Positions 19,701 through 29,900 of a stretch of DNA of 64,000 bases are shown here, one piece after another; the stretch's first letter is position 1; every line of letters begins with the position of its first letter. Source of the DNA: a virus; the IMG/VR virus record IMGVR_UViG_3300025168_000038, positions 44,144-108,143 of that record; one strand, written 5' to 3'. The position numbers and the translations under genes were made by a program. Under the pieces are notes generated by a model. The model was not told the origin of the DNA, made no database searches, and worked only from the letters and a program-made list of their open reading frames with translations.

Positions 19701-22700
19701 GCTTCTATTATCTAATGTAAAGTTTCCATTAAGAAATTCATTTTCTCTTATTACTTCTTGTCTATCAGGAGTAACTTTACCATTAAAGGTTTCTATACTA
19801 AATACTCTTCTGTATACATTCTTTCCTAATGATGATACTAATGCAACACTAGTTCCATTTACTTTTTCTTGAAAAACACCTTGACTAAAGTATGTCAAGA
19901 ACAGCTGTTCATATTTACTTATAGTATAAGGGTTATCTAAATTATATTTAAGTTGATTGTTTTCATCAGAACTAAAAAATTCAATTAGATTACTAGTTGA
20001 TTGACCAGCCTGTAAAGAATTAACTGCATACTTAGAAAACAATACTAAGTTAGGACTTACTATCTTATTTAATTTTGATGCATCTATTTCTGATCTTACA
20101 TCTTCTACATTAAATGTTAATTTAACTTTAGCATTATACTTTAATCTTGATCTATATTTTAAATCATTATTATAGTTTATAATTGTTTGTTGAATATCCT
20201 TATTTCTAGGATCTTGTTCAGATGTGTTTAGAGTTTTCATCTGACTTTGTAAAGTAATCTGTTTTTTATTTGATGGATTAATTTGTTGTAAGCCAAAGTA
20301 CTTAGCATAAATAGTTGTGGCATTGTTTGTAAAACCACTAGGTTGACCATTTAAATCACTAATAGGATTTAAATTTTGTTTCATCATTTTTAGTGCTGAT
20401 TCAGGTGCTGCTATACTTACAGTTTGATTTTCTTTATCTAATTCTTCTAAGTTGACTCTTAAGTTGTGTAGTTTTTCTTGACCTGGCTTAGCAACCCACA
20501 TATCATCAGAGTTCTGCATAGATGTTAACTCTTTGGTTAAAGTAGTATAAGACATCTTTATATATGTTTCACCATCAAAATACGCATACTTTTTAGAATT
20601 TAACATGTTGCCTTGAGATATAAGCTCACCAATCTCTTCCCATTGTAGAACTTCTCCTTGTTCAATTTTATTTAATGCAGCAGCTAATGCTGGTGTCATT
20701 TCACCAATACCAAATTGAAAATGTCTAGTGGCTTTTACAGTACCATATACTTGTGCATCTGCAATCTGAATAGAATTTGAACTTAATCCAGACATTAATG
20801 TTGGCTCATTAAAAGCAACTAAATTTATTTTGTTTGTCTCATGCATTACCCCCAAACGTGGGTCAGTTAAATATGTTTCAGCAGGTATAAAAGAGTTATT
20901 ATTACCCTTTGCTCTTTTACTTTTATCAGTAAAGTCTTTTAAAACTTTAGCTTGATCACTTAAATAAAGCTCATTTAATGATTTAACATTTAAGTAATTA
21001 TTAAAAAACACTTGTTTAAGGTTATAAATAGGATCCATGTCAATTAGATTATACATAGCTGCAGTTGACTTAGCAGCTTCTTTAACAGCTCCAGTAGTAC
21101 CTCTACTTATACCACGTACAATTTTCTTATCTATTCTATTTCTAACGTTTAGTGTATCTATTAAGTTATCAAACTCATTAAACTTACTATCTAAGTTGGC
21201 TTCTAATTGTTTCTTAAATGACTTTTTATTTAGCTTAGCTGCTCTTAAAGCTTGTTCAAATGCAGCTGGCTCTTCTGAAAGTGCTTCTTTTATTAGCCCG
21301 CTTCTAGTATCTATATTTAAAAGTGTCTCATTATTGGCAAATGTTTTTGATCTAAACTCTCCAGTGTTATACCCTTCTATTACATCAGTAGTTCTATTTG
21401 GACCATTCTCTCTTACTATTCTATTGTACTCATTCTCAACAAAATTATAAAAGGCCTCTAATACTTCATCAGTAATAACGTCTCTTCCTTGTATTTTTTC
21501 TACTGCTTTTATAATAGGTAAAGTTGTTTGATCACCTGTATTTGAAGACTCCATAACTCTAATTAAATTTGGAGATATAGCAAATCTACTATCTGTACCA
21601 TTTACAGGATTCTTAACCAGTACAGATTTCAAAGGTTTTCTATTAAGAGAATTGTAAAAAGCTAAATAGTTGTTTATGTTAGTAACTAAAAATTCAGCAG
21701 GAGTATATTTCCCATAGTCTGTACTCTTTAATGTTAAACTAGATTTTACATCTAAGTCAGCAGATAAACTTCTTAAAACTTTTGTGCCAGATATTCTAGA
21801 TATCTTTACTTGATTATTGTCTGCTAAAGCATTAAATGCAGGTGAGTTCAATAAAAAGTTATTACTTAAATAATCATCCTGTAATAATCTTGCCCTCTCA
21901 CTTGCAGAGTTTAATGCTCTTGTCTTTCTTAAATTAAATGTTGGTTGTTGATGTGAATTAACTAAATCATTATTTGAATTCTTAAATACTGTAGCTCCAA
22001 TTGTTTCATCAAATGATGCATTACCTAAAGCTAATTTTTTTAATTTGCTTTCTGCTCCCTCAGGTGAAAATAAATCTACTCCTTCTTTAATCAACTCAAA
22101 AAACACCTCTATATCATTAAGTGTCATTGGTTGTACATCAGGATGAAAAGATAGCAATTGTTCTTGTGCTTTAGTAAGATTCTCTCTTGCCATAAGCCTA
22201 CTATAAGACATATAACCTGGACTAATAGAAATACCTAAATTATCAAATAAAAGTTTAGATAATTTTCTAGATCGTTCATTTAATGCATTGTTTCTTATTG
22301 TAGTTTTTTTAGGTCTTAACTCTGTTTGTAATGTAACAAGTGCTTTTAATGCATCCTTTCTTATATTTAAATCATCTTGCCATAACTGTAGCTTAGATGA
22401 ATATCCTTCTGACCATGAGTCTAATTGATTATTAGAATCATCTCTTTGAGATGCTGAATGAACAATTGAATTACCCAACATATCTCTTTGAGTAAAAAAC
22501 CACTCTACTCTAAAGTTTGTAAATGAATTAAGTACTTTAATCAAAAAGTTTGGGTTAGTAATACCTTCAGGAAACTGTTCAAAAGTAAAGTCTTCTGTAT
22601 AACTCTCTGGCATATTAATACCTGAGTTTTCAAATATTTGGTTTACAACAGCTTCAGTCTGTGGATTAGTTTGTGAAAAAGCATACATAGCTTGTAGCAT

Positions 22701-25700
22701 TTCTACTGGATCCTCAAGACCTTCTAATGATTTAAGCATTCCATTGTATACTACATTAGCATTAACAGGTACTGTAATAGGCGTACCATTAACTAAAGTA
22801 GTATTACCAAAATAATCCTTTTCAATATATGTTACTGTTCCTATGTACTTTCTTACTGCAGCAGGTAAATTATCTAAACCACCACTAAGATATGTTTCTT
22901 TACCATACTGCTGTACAGTTCTTAAACCTTCATTATCTATAAACTCATCATTTCTTTCTACTTGTTGTGCTGACTGTAGATCTATTATATCTAATACGTC
23001 TGTAACAGATTGTTTTATTTGAGGAATAAAATCTTCAAATGCTGCTGTAAGCAACTTAAGCATGTCATGCTCTTTGCTTCCTTCTAAAAATTGTGAGTTA
23101 GCATTACTAAATACATCATATGTCTCAGCAAACTCATCAACTATAACATCTAGTTCTTCATCTTGATTGAACTTTAGCTTTTCTTCTGTAGGTATAAAAT
23201 TAAATTTTCTATCTATTAACACTCCTGCCATAGAAGATATTATACCATTTGCTACAAAGCTTGGTACATATAGCTCACCTATACCAGCATTTCTATCTAC
23301 CATTTGATATGGTATAAGTTTGTTAGCTTCAACAGATGATCCTAAAGTAGTAAACTCATTTGTTGCTATAGGAGCAGATTGAAATTTACCTCCATCTATG
23401 TTTTCAAATAATGAAGTTAGTTCATTTTTATAGAATTGATTTAGTACTCCTTTAATCCAATCTAATATTTTTGTAAACAAAGATTTTACTTCTGAAGAAG
23501 TCTTAGTGTTTTTTGGTCCAGTTTTAAACAGCTCAAACTGATCTGCCATATATTCTTCAAAGTATTCTCTTTCTAATCTCTCTTGACTCATATTAGTATA
23601 TGTATCAGCAGAGTTTCTAAATTTTTGTAATTCAGATGCTAGACTTTTTCCTTCCTTTCTTAGGTTGGCTCTTTGTTCTTTTCTGGCTATTCTTAAATAC
23701 TTAGCTTGTTCTTGTGGCGTAAGTATCATTCTGTATACACCGTGGAAAGCCTCATGATATCTAAATGGACTATTTGCTCCTGTGTATATAGTTCCTGAAA
23801 CATCAAGTCCACCAGCTATATCATTTATGTTTAAAACAAATGATCCTACACGTGTACCTGTAGTTATTAAATTACTTCTTAGTGTAGCTATATCAGCTAT
23901 ACCTATATAATCAGGTAATGTTTGTGAAGCCCATACAGAAAAAGAATCAATACTTTCTACATCAGTAGAGTTAAAAGATCCTTTAACAATCTTATTAGCA
24001 CCTCTTAGTTCATCTCTTTTCTTAAATAAATCTTGTAGTTCCTTGTTTTCTTTATATGCTTGTCTTAATCTCTTCCTATTTGTAGGACCGTACTGATCTT
24101 CTAATTGAGCTTTTAATATGCTTATCTTAGTTAAAATAGAATTTAAATCACTTACCTCTTCTAAAACTTCTACCTCTTCTGCTATATCTGGTAATACTTC
24201 TACATTCTCTGGTGCACTTTCTTCTATTAAAGGTGTGACAGATATGTTACCTTTAGATAACTCTCTTCCAATTGATTTAGGATTAGCTGTTGTTAAAAGT
24301 CTAAATCCTTTTCTTAATTGATTAGGGTCTATAGCTGTTTCCAAGTCTACTAAGAAATCAGTTATACTTGCGTCTTCTGCTATAGATGTTGTAAAGTTTT
24401 TTAAAGATATTGTACCCTCTCCTAAATTTTCATCTCCATTAATTTTATCTAACAAAAGTTGTATTAAATCTTGTGGTGATTTTCTTGTTTCTTCTGCAAC
24501 ACCTAGATTAAGATCTGCCGGATATAAATATTGTGTCTTTCCTGTCTGCTTATATAATGCACCACCTAATGTTCTGTTTTCATTAGCTATAGCATCTTTA
24601 ACTCTCATTCTAATATTACCATACTGATCTACATCTAAAAATACTTTTCTTTTAGATCCAGGTTTGCTTGTTATAAATATTTTACTTAAAGTTTCTTTAT
24701 TAAACTCTTCATTAAAGTTTATGTCTTTTGGTTTTTTATCTTTATCAAGATTGCTTTCTACAGTTGTCTGAGCTCTATTGATAAGTCTTAAAAGTTCTAT
24801 GTCTAAGTCTACTTTCTGTTGTAATTTTGGTTTTGAAGTAACAACTGAATAAACTCCATTAGGCTGCTTAAGAACAACCATATATCTATTAGTTCCGCCC
24901 TCTACACTTTGTTTCCATAAGCCGTTTCTTTTTAATGCAGCTTCAGTCTCTTCTCTTAACACATCTAATGCATCACCTTCTAAATTACTAATAACTTTTG
25001 GTGCTGAATTATTTCCTCCTACACTAATATCATATATTAAATAGTTACCTAAACCATCAGAACTATATTTTAAATCTTTTAATGAAGTAAAAGTATTTGG
25101 TGATGTATAGTTATCATAACCCTCAAATAAATTTATTCTTATTCCATCTGGTAATTCACCAAATATAGCCTCTCCTCTACCATCTTGATTAGCTAGTTTT
25201 TGTATTGCTTGATTTAAAACTGCAGCCTTAGCAAAATTTTCTTGTATATATTGTAGAGTCTGCACACCAGGTGATAAATTAGATTGAGAATCTATTTCCA
25301 CTCCAGTTAAGTCTTTATCAAATTTAATTACACTCTTCATAAACTCTACATCAAAGTCATGTGGCATAACTGCTTTTCCATCTTTATCAAAAAAACTGAA
25401 TCTTTGACTTGGTAAATATGCAAATACATTATTAGCTGATTCTTCTAGTCTAGTTATATCAGGATTTGTATCATATAAGTTATTGATCTTATCTATAACA
25501 TTAACATCAATAACTTGTATTCCTATATTATAACTATTAGTATTCTCTTTTATATAAGGATTAGGTTTTAATCCATCAGCAGGTATTACATAATTTTTTG
25601 ATGGTGATTGTGTTACTGGTGTTATAAATAAATTTAATCCATTTAGTTCTTCTGTAGTTAAATTACTAATAATTAAATCTGTTCTTTCATTAGCACTGTC

Positions 25701-28700
25701 TTTAGGCTCAGTAAAATTATTTTTATGTGACCATGCCTCTATCATTTCATTAGGGCGTATTTTAGAATAAGTTTTACCTAAACTATCAAAATTAATTGGT
25801 GCTGCTAAAACAAAATTATTTATAAAGTCTTGTTCTGAAATAGGTATTGAGTTCTCTAGGTTAGTATAATAGTCATTACTAAACTTATTAAAAGGAATAA
25901 TAAATATACTTTGTTGAGAGCCTTTATCAAATGATGTTTTACCTGTATTAACTACAAATACTTCCCCTTGCTTATTAATTATTCTTTCATTCTTACTTAT
26001 AGATAGCCCATTTATTCCACCAAATCTATATACTCCTCCTGTATCAACCTCTTTTTCTAATTTTTCAGCAGCTTGAATTGCATCAGCTTTTATACTATAT
26101 ACACCTAAACTATTGGCACCAATAATTTGTCTAAGCTCTTGAGATATCTTGTTACCTTTCTTATCTAGTATTGTATAAATAGATGTATTTGCTTTATCTC
26201 TTTTATTTATAACCTTTTCTTCTACATCAACTATTGCCCCTTCAAAAATAATATTTGAAGGCTTCTGTCTTACTGTTTGAAAAATAGACAGATTTAAATT
26301 TAATTGATCTAGTATATTTAATATATCTGCATTCTCTGCTGCAGGTCCGTTTATAAAATCTTGAAAGCCTGTTTCATTTTTTATATCACTCTCTGTTGGA
26401 ATTAATTCTGCAACCTGACCATTAACCAATACTGGATATCCTTTTGACCATATTTTCTTAATAGCATCATAGGCTGTTTGTATGTTAATCCCAGCAGCGC
26501 TTTCTTTCCATTCTTCTATACTTAATGAATCTCTATTAGGTATAGCCTGATATTGTCTAAACTGGTCTTCTAATGTTCTATTTAATACAACAGAATTGAT
26601 TGTTGGTATTACTTCTACATTTTCTATACCAGCATCATCTAAAATCTGATTAACATCCTTTGCACTCTCATCAGCAACTTCTTCTTGTGACCTCTCTGCT
26701 TTTGCAAGTTCTTCTGTTTGTAGATTATAACTATTTATTATTGGATTAATTTTATTATTGATAATTATAGCATCTTCCAGTATAGATGGATCTAGTAATC
26801 TGCCTGCAAATAAATATGAATTTGACTGGTCTATTGAAGATGTTTCTCCTGTTTCTAAAAAAACTTGAGTAGCTTCCGGTGTTAAATAAACATCTTCTGC
26901 AGCTAAACTATTTAGCATCTGGTTTTGTTTATCTAATACTAGCTGGGCTTTAGTTTGTTCTATTATTATTTGTTTTTGATTAGCCTCTAATACTTTAAAA
27001 TATTCTGCAGATCTATTTATTAAGTCTTCCATTTTATTAGGATCTAATAAATAATCTATAGTATTGTTAAACAAGAATGCATCTTGAGATAAAGCTGCGT
27101 AGTCTACTATTTCATTAATTGCATTATCCACTGCATCAGCATCAACAAACGTTCCTTTAGAAGCAGCTAATGAATTCAAATAGTTTTCTATTGGGCCCTT
27201 TAACTTATTCTTTTTACGCTGATCAAAAAATCCTTTTGCTGTTAGATTATCATTATATACTTTATTAATTCTATCTAGATTCTTTTTCCTTCTTTTCTTT
27301 TCCTTAAGAGATTTTTTATTTCTCTTAATTGCAATCTCATCTAATCCAGATTCATTATTAGCATTTTGTTCTAGTATTAATATCTCTTGTTGTAATCTAT
27401 CTACTTCTACTTCTAAAGATTCTTTATCTAATAAAGGTGTAACATCATTAGCAGCCATATTACCAAACAATGGAGTAGACTCTAATGACTGAGCAATTTT
27501 TACTTTTCTATTTAGTGCATCTTTAAATGCATTCTGAGTAAACATATAAAACATTTCTTGATGTTCATATGCCTTTTTTAATCTTTGCTCATCTCTATAT
27601 TTTCTTGTTCCAGGCGTAAACATTTCTGGCTTGTATCTAGGTTTAAATATGCTTTTCTTATTATTAAACATATCACCATACTCAGTAATAAGATCTAATT
27701 GTTTTTGTATCTTTGATCTTACTTGTTCTATACTACCATAATCCTTTTTAGGAAATGCCTCACCTAAAGCTTTATCATCAAGCTGACTAAAATCTACCAT
27801 CTCTTGTTGATAAAATCCTATTGAGCCTTTTTTATATTTATCATGTAAATTTTTAAACTCTAAGAAATTTCTACCATTAAAGTAATCATACTTATCATTC
27901 CTTGAAATAGCATCATCCATAGCATTGGATGTTTGTTTCATAGTTGACATCATTAGCTGATCATTATTTAAGATAGCATCTAAACCATCTACACCTTTTT
28001 CAGACATATCTTCTGATTGGCGTATAATATCTGCTATTACTTTTTCCTCTGCTGTTCTTGCGTTTGCATAATCCGCTCTAGAAGCTTTACTTCTCAAAGC
28101 ATAGAGTTTAGGAACTTGTTGAAATAAAACATTTTGATAAGGCCCAGCTAAACCACCCATCAAAAATCCGGATAAAAATGTATTTAATCCTTGTGCTGTA
28201 AACTGATCCTGTATACCATCCATTGCAAATGAACCATATAAATTCTTTGTACCTGCACCAGGCTCTCTAAGCAAGGCACCATAGTAGCCTTCATTAGTTG
28301 CAGCAATAGCTTCTTGTGAAACTTCTTGTAGTCCCTCTGCTATTCCTGCTGCACCGTATCTTAACATCATACCTCCAAAAACTCTTGGAGCATTTTTTAT
28401 TCCACCAGCTGTAAATTGTCTAACAATATTTGTAGGAGTAGGCATACCTAAAAAAGTTGCACCCTTTTGATAAGTTCCTTTTAAAGCTTTTCCTGTAACA
28501 GCATCTACTAGTGGATTAGTTCTAAATACTTTTTCTGATAGATTCTTATATCCTCTTCTCCAACTTCCAAAGGCACCTCTTAAAACAAACTTGTTTGATA
28601 AATATATTATACCAAAGTTTTGCATTTGTGTTCTAAATGCAGCTTGAGCAGCTTTTACTTTTGTATCAGATAGTTGATCTGCTGTAATAGCTTTACCAGG

Positions 28701-29891
28701 ATTTTGTTGTGCTAAATATTTTAAATGATTTTGTTCTACTCTATTACTAACCATACCAGCTTCTAGTTTAGCTTCAGATAAAGCAATATTAAATTGTCTT
28801 ATATCTCTATAGAAAGCACCAAAAGCATTACCACTTTTAGTAATATTAAATAAATTTTGTGCAGCATTACCTGTTGTTTGCCAATTCTTTATAGCATAAG
28901 TTAGTTCTGGTGCAACAAATCTTCCAAAAGCTTCTGCACCACCATAATAGAATTGTTTAGCGTTTTCAGCATTATTAAGTGTTCTAACCAATGCTTCACC
29001 AGAACTTGCATATCTTTTTACATCAAATAAATTAGCAATAGCTTTTCCTGTCCTGACTAAATTTCTACCTGTGCCTGCCACAAAAGCAGCAAAACCTGCT
29101 GGTGCTCCTGCGCCTGTTGATGTTAATGCAGCTGATCCCATTGCTAACACTAACTCTTCTACTGCTATAGATGCAATAATACCTGCTGTATAACCAAAGC
29201 TTAAACCAGTATTAGTTAATAAACCAAAAGGTCCTCCTTTGCTTGTTGAACCTATTCTCATAGCATCTTCCATAGTATTTGCTGCTTCTAAGTCTGGAGC
29301 TGACCAATAACCATCTCCATCAAATGCATCTGCTATAGATCTATAAGAAGAACCAAGACCTATAGAAAATTGACTGCCTAATTGATTCCAAGCTCTAGAA
29401 AAATCATCATACTTGCTACTATTAGCATTATAAAAAGATTCATTGTTTGAATAAGGGTTAAAGCCTAACTCACTATAATTAGGACTAGCATAAAATCTAT
29501 CAAAATTACTATTCTTAATATTACCATAATCTGGTGCAGCAGCCACTAAATTATTTTGTGATGGTGCGTTTGCTGTTGCTTTCATCTGCTCACCTAAACT
29601 AAGATCTGATATTTGAGTCTTAGATGGATTATATCCTATATCTAATAAACCAGGATTGTTGCTAGAAACATTACCAATTACTTCAGGACCATACTTAAAC
29701 ATATCACGTTGATACCTGTCTACATTTAATAAAGCAGCTGGGTCAGCCATATTTAAAAAGTCTGGACCATATTGTTCTGTATCCATTAAAGACTGCATTG
29801 TCTTATATGGTTTAGCATCATTTACTAAATCAACCTTAGGATTGTTGCCTGTAAGGTTCTCCTGAAGGGCTTGTGGATCTTGGTTTTCCAT
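16728..29891 (-). CDS. Virion-packaged DNA-dependent RNA polymerase, crAss-like (4387 aa), with zincin domain
   Basis: Catalytic GADFDIDQ (DFDID at 19338-19352), upstream AVRIPSE motif, HEAFH zinc-protease motif at 23742-23756 with downstream EEYMAD. Confidence 0.9.
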   Translation of the reverse strand: MENQDPQALQENLTGNNPKVDLVNDAKPYKTMQSLMDTEQYGPDFLNMADPAALLNVDRYQRDMFKYGPEVIGNVSSNNPGLLDIGYNPSKTQISDLSLGEQMKATANAPSQNNLVAAAPDYGNIKNSNFDRFYASPNYSELGFNPYSNNESFYNANSSKYDDFSRAWNQLGSQFSIGLGSSYRSIADAFDGDGYWSAPDLEAANTMEDAMRIGSTSKGGPFGLLTNTGLSFGYTAGIIASIAVEELVLAMGSAALTSTGAGAPAGFAAFVAGTGRNLVRTGKAIANLFDVKRYASSGEALVRTLNNAENAKQFYYGGAEAFGRFVAPELTYAIKNWQTTGNAAQNLFNITKSGNAFGAFYRDIRQFNIALSEAKLEAGMVSNRVEQNHLKYLAQQNPGKAITADQLSDTKVKAAQAAFRTQMQNFGIIYLSNKFVLRGAFGSWRRGYKNLSEKVFRTNPLVDAVTGKALKGTYQKGATFLGMPTPTNIVRQFTAGGIKNAPRVFGGMMLRYGAAGIAEGLQEVSQEAIAATNEGYYGALLREPGAGTKNLYGSFAMDGIQDQFTAQGLNTFLSGFLMGGLAGPYQNVLFQQVPKLYALRSKASRADYANARTAEEKVIADIIRQSEDMSEKGVDGLDAILNNDQLMMSTMKQTSNAMDDAISRNDKYDYFNGRNFLEFKNLHDKYKKGSIGFYQQEMVDFSQLDDKALGEAFPKKDYGSIEQVRSKIQKQLDLITEYGDMFNNKKSIFKPRYKPEMFTPGTRKYRDEQRLKKAYEHQEMFYMFTQNAFKDALNRKVKIAQSLESTPLFGNMAANDVTPLLDKESLEVEVDRLQQEILILEQNANNESGLDEIAIKRNKKSLKEKKRRKKNLDRINKVYNDNLTAKGFFDQRKKNKLKGPIENYLNSLAASKGTFVDADAVDNAINEIVDYAALSQDAFLFNNTIDYLLDPNKMEDLINRSAEYFKVLEANQKQIIIEQTKAQLVLDKQNQMLNSLAAEDVYLTPEATQVFLETGETSSIDQSNSYLFAGRLLDPSILEDAIIINNKINPIINSYNLQTEELAKAERSQEEVADESAKDVNQILDDAGIENVEVIPTINSVVLNRTLEDQFRQYQAIPNRDSLSIEEWKESAAGINIQTAYDAIKKIWSKGYPVLVNGQVAELIPTESDIKNETGFQDFINGPAAENADILNILDQLNLNLSIFQTVRQKPSNIIFEGAIVDVEEKVINKRDKANTSIYTILDKKGNKISQELRQIIGANSLGVYSIKADAIQAAEKLEKEVDTGGVYRFGGINGLSISKNERIINKQGEVFVVNTGKTSFDKGSQQSIFIIPFNKFSNDYYTNLENSIPISEQDFINNFVLAAPINFDSLGKTYSKIRPNEMIEAWSHKNNFTEPKDSANERTDLIISNLTTEELNGLNLFITPVTQSPSKNYVIPADGLKPNPYIKENTNSYNIGIQVIDVNVIDKINNLYDTNPDITRLEESANNVFAYLPSQRFSFFDKDGKAVMPHDFDVEFMKSVIKFDKDLTGVEIDSQSNLSPGVQTLQYIQENFAKAAVLNQAIQKLANQDGRGEAIFGELPDGIRINLFEGYDNYTSPNTFTSLKDLKYSSDGLGNYLIYDISVGGNNSAPKVISNLEGDALDVLREETEAALKRNGLWKQSVEGGTNRYMVVLKQPNGVYSVVTSKPKLQQKVDLDIELLRLINRAQTTVESNLDKDKKPKDINFNEEFNKETLSKIFITSKPGSKRKVFLDVDQYGNIRMRVKDAIANENRTLGGALYKQTGKTQYLYPADLNLGVAEETRKSPQDLIQLLLDKINGDENLGEGTISLKNFTTSIAEDASITDFLVDLETAIDPNQLRKGFRLLTTANPKSIGRELSKGNISVTPLIEESAPENVEVLPDIAEEVEVLEEVSDLNSILTKISILKAQLEDQYGPTNRKRLRQAYKENKELQDLFKKRDELRGANKIVKGSFNSTDVESIDSFSVWASQTLPDYIGIADIATLRSNLITTGTRVGSFVLNINDIAGGLDVSGTIYTGANSPFRYHEAFHGVYRMILTPQEQAKYLRIARKEQRANLRKEGKSLASELQKFRNSADTYTNMSQERLEREYFEEYMADQFELFKTGPKNTKTSSEVKSLFTKILDWIKGVLNQFYKNELTSLFENIDGGKFQSAPIATNEFTTLGSSVEANKLIPYQMVDRNAGIGELYVPSFVANGIISSMAGVLIDRKFNFIPTEEKLKFNQDEELDVIVDEFAETYDVFSNANSQFLEGSKEHDMLKLLTAAFEDFIPQIKQSVTDVLDIIDLQSAQQVERNDEFIDNEGLRTVQQYGKETYLSGGLDNLPAAVRKYIGTVTYIEKDYFGNTTLVNGTPITVPVNANVVYNGMLKSLEGLEDPVEMLQAMYAFSQTNPQTEAVVNQIFENSGINMPESYTEDFTFEQFPEGITNPNFLIKVLNSFTNFRVEWFFTQRDMLGNSIVHSASQRDDSNNQLDSWSEGYSSKLQLWQDDLNIRKDALKALVTLQTELRPKKTTIRNNALNERSRKLSKLLFDNLGISISPGYMSYSRLMARENLTKAQEQLLSFHPDVQPMTLNDIEVFFELIKEGVDLFSPEGAESKLKKLALGNASFDETIGATVFKNSNNDLVNSHQQPTFNLRKTRALNSASERARLLQDDYLSNNFLLNSPAFNALADNNQVKISRISGTKVLRSLSADLDVKSSLTLKSTDYGKYTPAEFLVTNINNYLAFYNSLNRKPLKSVLVKNPVNGTDSRFAISPNLIRVMESSNTGDQTTLPIIKAVEKIQGRDVITDEVLEAFYNFVENEYNRIVRENGPNRTTDVIEGYNTGEFRSKTFANNETLLNIDTRSGLIKEALSEEPAAFEQALRAAKLNKKSFKKQLEANLDSKFNEFDNLIDTLNVRNRIDKKIVRGISRGTTGAVKEAAKSTAAMYNLIDMDPIYNLKQVFFNNYLNVKSLNELYLSDQAKVLKDFTDKSKRAKGNNNSFIPAETYLTDPRLGVMHETNKINLVAFNEPTLMSGLSSNSIQIADAQVYGTVKATRHFQFGIGEMTPALAAALNKIEQGEVLQWEEIGELISQGNMLNSKKYAYFDGETYIKMSYTTLTKELTSMQNSDDMWVAKPGQEKLHNLRVNLEELDKENQTVSIAAPESALKMMKQNLNPISDLNGQPSGFTNNATTIYAKYFGLQQINPSNKKQITLQSQMKTLNTSEQDPRNKDIQQTIINYNNDLKYRSRLKYNAKVKLTFNVEDVRSEIDASKLNKIVSPNLVLFSKYAVNSLQAGQSTSNLIEFFSSDENNQLKYNLDNPYTISKYEQLFLTYFSQGVFQEKVNGTSVALVSSLGKNVYRRVFSIETFNGKVTPDRQEVIRENEFLNGNFTLDNRSLEELNTGDPLPAEGVIIVDRLRYNLKEYKGGEYQGQRYSEAIMPPQSKEVNDLLAYKSKYRRYKNTIPDVVSEMYAVRIPSEDYHSAFNVKVVDFLPNFMGGSAMFSNELIEVSGADFDIDQAYIHMKEFYVEKGEFKAYENNYSSYINYVNKKVNETGNQYSEAIKLYKLQGVIISDSLVDIDQTPAENAGFSKNAVGALKVLGMPITQSEFNQFVKDNKQAPYEAPVSNKLVDYKRQLVSNDYLTSGTYPIAYRPSNLDLLKNVWESVRKLPGFSERTNQAGKDIDTLTGQTVAFTNNKGASIGSVVSPNLYLSLFKEYKIGLGTLKFELDGKEYKSFGGTLNENGMRKQDLMSSLIVAMTDNAKEFLVSKLGLNAHATRMLSNMIQLGVPLETSILLLNQKIIQDIYRQIDNSDGISPSIGDRINDLIERDDKGKIVKGIVPDKDALERGVADNLEVLELQGALQVFAKVITISNFTVKLNSLVSLNNGLGKNIDSISQRVESINDFIKNPYFIKVRNMLSSSYLSGLSEQLSDINVNILPKMFLSQTPGVKRITSELVGRLDTNLYKNSEAVRTKVKKDVLAFVTLSAYQNIDKNNPLSNGILYPGQDNEQGNVWHAVEQLRISDPGNFFLFDFVTTYKPTDKGNRSGLYLAQANTWRKLNRLQKYDLQTSFNKLYNNPDTRQFAKTVINYIMVKDGLQLAPGGLLESISPYVLEDYLSEINSTEKYLRSKEFTDAGGTTSFVENYLLSASNAKLLPRKFNSETDSIAIKRMDTIDRQTGIESTIYQRNDQEKTSVDLIGSPLQFGAGFMFGNRPTLKQMMEKPEVSKSTPEVVKETEDTSKTVPQIFRNQSINLDVTDESVIIDSVNIVDTAELDAIAASIAEATDNITSEELGILEVEELPISENRQELIGQLDMFDPFISHPEITEFWDSNIEDGSFSTEVKNFKRENNINSLEDLLDLYDRNPNSMWGSPQELIDQIKKCNL

Positions 29892-29900
29892 ACTTACCTA

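Noticed and set aside
6109-29891. Inteins or group I introns in RNR or RNAP
   Set aside because: Frames are continuous, RNR subunits are of minimal length, and no LAGLIDADG/HNH or intein splice motifs were recognised.
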